Assembly: GCA_026391855.1 (NCBI GenBank)
Contig: JAPLDE010000034.1
Location: forward strand, 23,711 to 36,801
DNA from: Bacteroidota bacterium
GTDB lineage: Bacteria; Bacteroidota; Bacteroidia; Bacteroidales; CAIXZF01
Reading direction: 5' to 3'
Length of the DNA: 13,091 nucleotides
Numbering within the stretch: position 1 is the first letter of the stretch; the number at the start of each line of letters is the position of its first letter. The notes beneath the pieces are model-generated. The model was not told where the DNA came from and searched no databases. It was given only the letters and a program-made list of their open reading frames with translations. This document shows, piece by piece, positions 7,507 to 13,091 of this stretch. The position numbers and the translations under genes were made by a program.

Positions 7507-8787
7507 ATGAAACCAACAAAAATCAACGTAGAAAATGGAGTTTTAACCGTGCCTGATTTCCCGGTTATCCCCTTTATAGAGGGAGACGGGACAGGACCGG
7601 ATATTTGGGCTGCGTCAGTCATCGTATTTGATGCAGCAGTAAAGAGGGCCTACCAGGGCAGAAGAAAGATACAATGGAAGGAGGTCCTGGCCGGTGAGAA
7701 GGCATTCAAGGAAACCGGGAACTGGCTGCCGGCAGAAACCCTTCAGGCTTTCCGCGATTATGTGGTCGGGATCAAGGGTCCGTTAACTACTCCCATAGGC
7801 GGAGGAATACGGTCGTTGAATGTGGCCCTGAGGCAGGAGCTGGACCTTTACGTTTGTTTACGACCGGTGATGTATTTCCCGGGAGTGCCTTCTCCGGTAA
7901 AGCATCCTGAATGGGTTGACATGCATATTTTCAGGGAGAATACGGAAGATATTTATGCCGGGATAGAGTTTATGCATGGGGATCCCCAGTGCGAACTGCT
8001 GAAGGATTTTCTGATCAACGAGCTGGGTGTTACGAAGATACGTTTTCCGAAGACGACTTCTCTGGGTATCAAACCCGTATCGCTGGAAGGGACCGAACGG
8101 CTTGTCCGTGCGGCCATTATCTATGCCCTGAGGAAAAAACTTCCTTCTGTCACCCTTGTTCATAAAGGGAACATCATGAAGTTTACCGAGGGCGCTTTCA
8201 AGAAATGGGGCTATGAACTGGCTGAAAGAGAATTTGGCGCTCAATGTTTTACCTGGGATCAATACGACCGCATGGCCGCAGAAAAAGGGAAAGAAGCTGC
8301 TGATGCCGCACAGGATGCTGCTATTGCTGCAGGCAAACTGATCATCAAGGATGTGATCGCCGATGCCTTTCTTCAGCAGATATTGACCCGACCCAAAGAA
8401 TATTCAGTTATCGCTACCCTGAATCTGAACGGTGATTATATTTCCGATGCCCTGGCAGCAATGGTGGGAGGAATAGGGATCGCTCCGGGTGCCAATATCA
8501 ACTACCAGAACGGGTATGCCATTTTTGAGGCCACCCATGGTACGGCGCCTAAATATGCAGGATTAGACATGGTAAACCCCGGTTCTGTGATCCTTTCCGG
8601 TGCCCTCATGTTTGAATATATGGGATGGCAGGAGGCAGCAGACCTGATATATAAAAGTGTGGAACTGACTATTCAGTCGAAAATGGTGACCTATGATTTC
8701 CACCGGTTGATGGAAGGGGCTCAAAAGCTGAAATGCTCGGAATTCGGAGCAGAGATCGTAAAAACCATAGGATCGCTGGAATTTTAA
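7507..8787 (+). CDS. icd: NADP-dependent isocitrate dehydrogenase (homodimeric, E. coli Icd type)
   Basis: Collinear with E. coli Icd across the 426-aa product, e.g. [119 protein letters not shown]. Confidence 0.97.
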   Translation: MKPTKINVENGVLTVPDFPVIPFIEGDGTGPDIWAASVIVFDAAVKRAYQGRRKIQWKEVLAGEKAFKETGNWLPAETLQAFRDYVVGIKGPLTTPIGGGIRSLNVALRQELDLYVCLRPVMYFPGVPSPVKHPEWVDMHIFRENTEDIYAGIEFMHGDPQCELLKDFLINELGVTKIRFPKTTSLGIKPVSLEGTERLVRAAIIYALRKKLPSVTLVHKGNIMKFTEGAFKKWGYELAEREFGAQCFTWDQYDRMAAEKGKEAADAAQDAAIAAGKLIIKDVIADAFLQQILTRPKEYSVIATLNLNGDYISDALAAMVGGIGIAPGANINYQNGYAIFEATHGTAPKYAGLDMVNPGSVILSGALMFEYMGWQEAADLIYKSVELTIQSKMVTYDFHRLMEGAQKLKCSEFGAEIVKTIGSLEF

Positions 8788-8823
8788 TAAGTAAATAATT
8801 ATTCATATTTAACACCTTAAAAG

Positions 8824-10164
8824 ATGTCCAGGTTAAAAGACAAACTCTATGATAAAATAGAGCAGCAAAGGCCAAGGATCAATAAATTAAACAAAGAGTT
8901 TGGAGATGTAATTGTGGATGAAGTAACTGTAGGACAGCTACTTGGCGGCGTTCGCGGAGTGAAATGTCTCATTACCGATATCTCCTATCTTGACCCGTTT
9001 GAAGGTATCCGTTACCGGGGATACACCCTGCCTGAAGTCATTGAACAGCTTCCCAAACCAAAAGGCGGTGAAATGCCTTATGTTGAGGGTCTTGTTCATT
9101 TGCTGCTGACCGGAGAAATGCCTGGAGACAAGGAGGTTGAGGAGGTTCTGGATGAGTTCCAGAAAAGAAGGATATTACCCAGGTATGTATATGAGGTGAT
9201 TGACTCCATGCCTTGCTGCAGCCATCCAATGACTGTGTTTGCCACGGCAGTGATGACCCTTCAGCGCGAATCTTTCTTTGCCAAGAAATACAAAGGGGGT
9301 ATCAGCAAGTGGGAGTATTGGGATGCCACTTATGAGGACGCCATGAACCTGATGGCCAAGCTGCCTGAGATCGGGACATACATCTATGCCAAGTTATACC
9401 GCGACGGTAAGCGCATCCAGCAGAATCCTGCCCTTGATTTCGGCGGCAATTTTGCCCATATGATGGGAATTGCCAAACCTTACGATGATGTTTCCAGGCT
9501 GTATTTTATTCTTCATGCCGATCATGAAAGCGGTAATGTGAGCGCTCATACCGGGCACCTTGTATCCAGCTCATTATCAGATCTTTATCTGAGCATTGCC
9601 TCGATGATCAATGGCTTGGCCGGCCCCTTGCACGGGTTAGCCAACCAGGAAGTATTGCGGTGGTTACTGGAGTTATATGATAAAATGGAAGGAAAAATCC
9701 CCACAGATGATGAAATGAGCCAATATGTATGGGATACACTCAACAGTGGTCAGGTGATACCGGGATACGGACATGCCGTATTGAGGAAGACCGACCCAAG
9801 GTATTCATTACAGCGTGAATTTGCGCTGAAACATATGCCGGATGATCCGTTGTTCCAGTATGTTGACAAGCTTTACAAGGTGGTTCCCCCCATTCTGGTG
9901 GAACAGGGCAAGGCAAAGAATCCCTGGCCCAATGTTGATGCCCAGTCGGGGGTTATTCAATGGCATTACGGGCTGAGGGAGTATGATTTCTATACGGTGT
10001 TGTTCGGCATCGGGCGGGCTATCGGAATCTGTGCCAACCTGATCTGGGACCGCGCCTTGCTGTACCCGTTGGAAAGGCCAAAGTCCATCACCACCGAGAT
10101 GCTGGAAAAGATCGCCTTTGATCCGAAGGCAAAGAGAAGCAAGAAAAAAGATTCAGGCGAGTAA
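8824..10164 (+). CDS. gltA: Citrate synthase, eukaryotic-like type I (mitochondrial type)
   Basis: Collinear with pig heart citrate synthase across the 446-aa product: GGVRGVKCLITDISYLDPFEGIRYRGYTLPE, HADHESGNVSAHTGHLVSSSLSDLYLS, NGLAGPLHGLANQEVL, GYGHAVLRKTDPRY, GKAKNPWPNVDAQSGV, and the catalytic His/His/Asp context. Confidence 0.97.
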   Translation: MSRLKDKLYDKIEQQRPRINKLNKEFGDVIVDEVTVGQLLGGVRGVKCLITDISYLDPFEGIRYRGYTLPEVIEQLPKPKGGEMPYVEGLVHLLLTGEMPGDKEVEEVLDEFQKRRILPRYVYEVIDSMPCCSHPMTVFATAVMTLQRESFFAKKYKGGISKWEYWDATYEDAMNLMAKLPEIGTYIYAKLYRDGKRIQQNPALDFGGNFAHMMGIAKPYDDVSRLYFILHADHESGNVSAHTGHLVSSSLSDLYLSIASMINGLAGPLHGLANQEVLRWLLELYDKMEGKIPTDDEMSQYVWDTLNSGQVIPGYGHAVLRKTDPRYSLQREFALKHMPDDPLFQYVDKLYKVVPPILVEQGKAKNPWPNVDAQSGVIQWHYGLREYDFYTVLFGIGRAIGICANLIWDRALLYPLERPKSITTEMLEKIAFDPKAKRSKKKDSGE

Positions 10165-10166
10165 GA

Positions 10167-10667
10167 TCACCATTTTTCGGGATGCACCCGGTCGGCATCA
10201 TACCGGTCGGGTGTTTCTTTTTGTTCGGCCGGGTACCCGATTGGGATGATGCATAAGGGGATAATGTGGGCAGGTAGCCCAAGCGCCTTAATTACATAGT
10301 TCATTCTTTCTTCCCTGGGATAAACACCCACCCAAACACTTCCCAAACCCAGTTCAACACAGTGTAACAGAATGTTTTGCGCAGCCGCAGAGCAATCCTG
10401 AACCCACATTCCTTTGCGGGTTTCCAGGGTAAGATCTCCACAAACAACGATTGCAGCCATGGCCTCTTTCAGCATGCCGGAATACGGCCCGGCATAAGAT
10501 AATTCATCCAGATTGTTTCTGTCTTTCATTAAGATAAACTGCCAGGGTCTTTGATTGGCCGCAGAAGGAGCCGACATGCCGGCGGATAATAAGGAATGAA
10601 GTTTTTCCTCTTCAACAGTCTGGTTGGTATATTTGCGGATGCTCCGGCGTTGGAAGATGATGCTCAT
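10167..10667 (-). CDS. Nitroreductase-family (NAD(P)H-flavin oxidoreductase-like) protein, 167 aa from the ATG at 10665-10667. The six-frame ORF extends to 10772, but the extra 35 aa look non-coding
   Basis: MSIIFQRRSIRKYTNQTVEEEKLHSLLSAGMSAPSAANQRPWQF is a canonical nitroreductase N-terminus. The upstream extension MFTLPNSHLVFGEIDDIILKFYFCFKFL is AT-rich, low-complexity read-through of the divergent promoter region. The stop codon is 2 bp from the gltA stop; the genes converge. Confidence 0.85.
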   Translation of the reverse strand: MSIIFQRRSIRKYTNQTVEEEKLHSLLSAGMSAPSAANQRPWQFILMKDRNNLDELSYAGPYSGMLKEAMAAIVVCGDLTLETRKGMWVQDCSAAAQNILLHCVELGLGSVWVGVYPREERMNYVIKALGLPAHIIPLCIIPIGYPAEQKETPDRYDADRVHPEKW

Positions 10668-10855
10668 TTTTTTTAGTGTTCGGGTGTTAAGGAATTTGAA
10701 GCAAAAATAGAACTTTAAAATTATGTCGTCAATTTCTCCAAAGACTAAGTGACTGTTTGGTAACGTGAACATCAGGACGCACTGCCGTACATCCCAGCGA
10801 ATCCTGCTGGCAACCGGTAGCTGCTAGTTAGAAACAATCTAAATTTAGGCGGACT

Positions 10856-10887
10856 TTTGCCTATCTCCTAAAAAAACTGTAGGTTTG
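10856..10887 (+). promoter_or_regulatory. Putative iorA promoter: -33 TTTG (10856-10859) and -7 TAGGTTTG (10880-10887), 20 bp apart, 33 nt upstream of the ATG
   Basis: Matches the Bacteroidetes TTTG / TAnnTTTG consensus and spacing. A direct repeat AATTTACTGA x2 (about 10899-10919) sits between the motif and the start codon. Confidence 0.4.
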
Positions 10888-10920
10888 TTAACGTTCTAAT
10901 TTACTGAAAATTTACTGATT

Positions 10921-12534
10921 ATGCAGAAGCAGTTGCTATTAGGTGATGAAGCCATAGCCCAGGCTGCCATTGATGCCGGGTTATCTGCCATTTATGCTTA
11001 TCCGGGGACTCCCTCTACGGAGATAAACGAATTTATTCTGGCTTCGAAAGAGGCCAGGGAGAAGGGGATTGTCTCTTCCTGGACAGCTAATGAGAAGACG
11101 GCCATGGAGGCTGCACTGGGAGTGTCGTATGCCGGGAAAAGGGCTATGACGGCCATGAAACATGTGGGACTGAATGTGGCGGCCGATCCGTTCATGAATT
11201 CGGCCATTACAGGAGCTAATGGAGGACTGATCGTGGTCGCCTGCGATGACCCTTCGATGCATTCCTCTCAGAATGAACAGGATTCACGCTTTTACGGGAA
11301 GTTTGCCCTGATCCCTATCCTGGAACCGTCCAATCAGCAGGAAGCTTACGATATGGTCCATTTCGGATATGATTATTCGGAGAGATATGGTGTCCCTGTC
11401 ATGCTGAGAATTGCTACCCGTCTGGCCCATTCCCGTGCCGGTGTTCTTCGCCTGACCGGTAAAGAACAAAATGCGCTCAAGATGCCGGGAAACCCCAGGC
11501 AATTTATCCTTCTTCCTGCCATGGCGAGAAAACAGTACAAGAAATTGCTGGCCAATTTCCCTCATTTTGAGGAAGATGCTGAGAATTCTCCTTTTAACGG
11601 GTATTTCGACGGTCCGGATAAAAAACTGGGGATCATTGCGTGTGGAATCGCCATTAATTACCTGCGGGAGAATTATCCGGAGGGTAAAGTTCCTCATCCC
11701 GTCATCAAAATCGGGCAGTATCCCAGTCCGAAAAAGATGATGAACCGCCTGTACAATGAGTGTGATGAGATCCTTGTGCTGGAAGACGGAGCTCCCTTAA
11801 TTGAAGAACTGATCAAAGGAGTTCTTAACACGGGAAAGAAAATCCATGGAAGACTGGATGGCACAGTGCCTCGTGATGGTGAGCTGAATCCCAATATTGT
11901 CGGTATGGCCCTTGGTTTTCCCAATACTTCCGGCAGACCTATACCGGCCGTTGTGGCTAACAGGCCTCCCTCCCTTTGTTCAGGGTGTCCCCACATAAAC
12001 TCATACCAGGCGCTGAATGAGGTGCTTACAGCCTTTTCAAAAGGAAGGGTGTTTTCAGATATTGGCTGTTATACCCTGGGTGCACTTGAACCCTTTGATG
12101 CCATTAATAGCTGTGTTGATATGGGTGCTTCCATTACTATGGCCAAAGGTGCCGCAGACGTTGGGCTGTCTCCGTCAATAGCAGTGATAGGGGATTCCAC
12201 TTTTACCCATTCGGGAATGACGGGATTGCTCGATTGTGTTAACGATAAATCGAATGTGAAGGTAATGATACTGGACAATGCAACCACAGCCATGACCGGC
12301 GGTCAGCCTTCTGCGGCACATGGAAGGATAGAGGCGATCTGTAAAGGGCTTGGTGTGGAAGAAGAACATATTATCGTGTTAAACCCTTTACCGAAATTTC
12401 ACCAGGACAACCTGGCCATGTTGAAAAAGGAACTTGAATATCAGGGGGTTTCAGTAATTATTCCCCGCAGGGAATGCATTCAAACCATCACCAAGCGGAA
12501 GAAAGACGATATAAAAGCAAAAAAAACAGAGTAG
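10921..12534 (+). CDS. iorA: Indolepyruvate:ferredoxin oxidoreductase alpha subunit (TPP-dependent 2-oxoacid:ferredoxin oxidoreductase family)
   Basis: The N-terminus MQKQLLLGDEAIAQAAIDAGLSAIYAYPGTPSTEI is typical of IorA. It has a TPP-binding region (GCYTLG...DMGASITMAKG...GDSTFTHSGMTGL) and a CSGCPH cysteine motif. The next gene is an iorB-like subunit. Confidence 0.92.
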   Translation: MQKQLLLGDEAIAQAAIDAGLSAIYAYPGTPSTEINEFILASKEAREKGIVSSWTANEKTAMEAALGVSYAGKRAMTAMKHVGLNVAADPFMNSAITGANGGLIVVACDDPSMHSSQNEQDSRFYGKFALIPILEPSNQQEAYDMVHFGYDYSERYGVPVMLRIATRLAHSRAGVLRLTGKEQNALKMPGNPRQFILLPAMARKQYKKLLANFPHFEEDAENSPFNGYFDGPDKKLGIIACGIAINYLRENYPEGKVPHPVIKIGQYPSPKKMMNRLYNECDEILVLEDGAPLIEELIKGVLNTGKKIHGRLDGTVPRDGELNPNIVGMALGFPNTSGRPIPAVVANRPPSLCSGCPHINSYQALNEVLTAFSKGRVFSDIGCYTLGALEPFDAINSCVDMGASITMAKGAADVGLSPSIAVIGDSTFTHSGMTGLLDCVNDKSNVKVMILDNATTAMTGGQPSAAHGRIEAICKGLGVEEEHIIVLNPLPKFHQDNLAMLKKELEYQGVSVIIPRRECIQTITKRKKDDIKAKKTE

Positions 12535-12552
12535 GCCAATATATCGTGCTCT
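12535..12552. repeat. Degenerate partial copy of the palindromic element (GGCCAATATATCGTGCTC), directly upstream of copy C
   Basis: Shares GGCCA, ATATATCGTG, C and CTC with the 20-bp core, with a 2-nt deletion and one substitution. Seen directly in the sequence. Confidence 0.6.
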
Positions 12553-12555
12553 TTT

Positions 12556-12583
12556 GTAGGGCCACGATATATCGTGGCCCTAC
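12556..12583. repeat. Palindromic repeat element, copy C: 28-bp perfect palindrome GTAGGGCCACGATATATCGTGGCCCTAC, 22 bp after the iorA stop
   Basis: Read directly; the reverse complement is identical to itself. It could be a stem-loop in the iorA-iorB transcript or a terminator-like hairpin, but no U-tract follows on either strand. Confidence 0.95.
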
Positions 12584-12622
12584 AAAAAGGAACGAATATG
12601 GCCTGACAAAAGGAACGAATAT
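12577..12622. repeat. Direct repeat x2 between iorA and iorB: GGCCCTACAAAAAGGAACGAATAT / GGCCTGACAAAAGGAACGAATAT (23-24 bp). The first unit overlaps the right arm of palindrome C
   Basis: Read directly; the two units differ by one indel and one substitution. Confidence 0.85.
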
Positions 12623-12657
12623 AGTATCCAAACAAAACAATAAAAAAAATTACCACA

Positions 12658-13091
12658 TGAAGAAAGATATAATCATGGCAGGTGTCGGGGGGCAGGGGAT
12701 ACTGTCCATTGCCGCAACTATTGGAATGGCTGCCATTAAGGTGGGAATGCATTTAAAGCAATCGGAAGTGCACGGTATGAGCCAGCGTGGAGGAGATGTT
12801 TCTTCCAACCTCCGTATTTCGGATGATGAAATTTTCTCAGACCTTATCCCTCATGGGAAAGCGGATATGATCATCTCTGTGGAACCTATGGAATCGCTGC
12901 GTTACCTGCCGATGTTAGCGGATGACGGCTGGATCATTACCAATACCAAGCCATACATCAACATAAAAAATTACCCTGAAATGGAAAGCATCATGGCAGA
13001 GGTGGAAAAAATTCATAACCACATTGCCCTGGATGCCGATACAATTGCCAAAAACCTCGGAGCCACCAAGTCGGCCAATATGGTGATACTC
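12658..13091 (+). CDS. iorB: Indolepyruvate oxidoreductase beta subunit (pyruvate/2-ketoisovalerate oxidoreductase gamma-like), N-terminal 144 aa; continues past the right edge
   Basis: ATG at 12658. Translation MKKDIIMAGVGGQGILSIAATIGMAAIKVGMHLKQSEVHGMSQRGGDVSSNLRIS... The AG(V/F)GGQG nucleotide/CoA-binding-like loop is typical of OFOR gamma and IorB. There is no stop codon before the window ends. Confidence 0.85.

Noticed and set aside
7347-7622. 91-aa minus-strand ORF overlapping the icd start and promoter
   Set aside because: It overlaps the strongly supported icd N-terminus in antisense and extends into the AT-rich promoter region. Its composition is not protein-like.
10668-10772. N-terminal 35-aa extension of the nitroreductase ORF (MFTLPNSHLVFGEIDDIILKFYFCFKFL...)
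   Set aside because: The conserved nitroreductase N-terminus begins at the internal Met (MSIIFQRRSIRKY). The extension is AT-rich intergenic read-through, so the gene was called from 10667.
10981-12369. Multiple 60-137 aa minus-strand ORFs inside iorA
   Set aside because: They are antisense to a well-supported TPP-enzyme gene. Their products are Arg/Ser/Pro-rich and low-complexity, typical of GC-skewed antisense frames.

Overview
The window looks like a Bacteroidetes chromosome segment of moderate GC. The evidence is a type IX secretion C-terminal sorting domain, a TAnnTTTG-type -7 promoter motif, an iorAB pair, and a eukaryotic-like type I citrate synthase.

The left half (1-7272) is entirely on the minus strand and looks accessory or envelope-related. 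It holds a partial classical TonB-dependent receptor, a 168-aa membrane-anchored hypothetical, a 688-aa SPFH/flotillin protein with an N-terminal module repeated four times, and a secreted CotH-kinase-family protein carrying a proprotein-convertase P-domain and a T9SS sorting domain that ends 19 bp before the flotillin start. A membrane-anchored SGNH/GDSL hydrolase sits upstream of these.

The right half is core metabolism: icd, gltA (type I citrate synthase), a convergent nitroreductase, and iorA plus the start of iorB.

Two non-coding structures stand out. One is a family of 20-28 bp perfect palindromes (core GGCCACGATATATCGTGGCC), present as two copies between the SGNH and CotH genes and one copy plus a degenerate copy between iorA and iorB. 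The other is a (CATGGTCA)x4 octamer tandem repeat that overlaps the flotillin stop codon and sits upstream of the 168-aa gene.

I did not see any rRNA, tRNA, CRISPR array, transposase or integrase.
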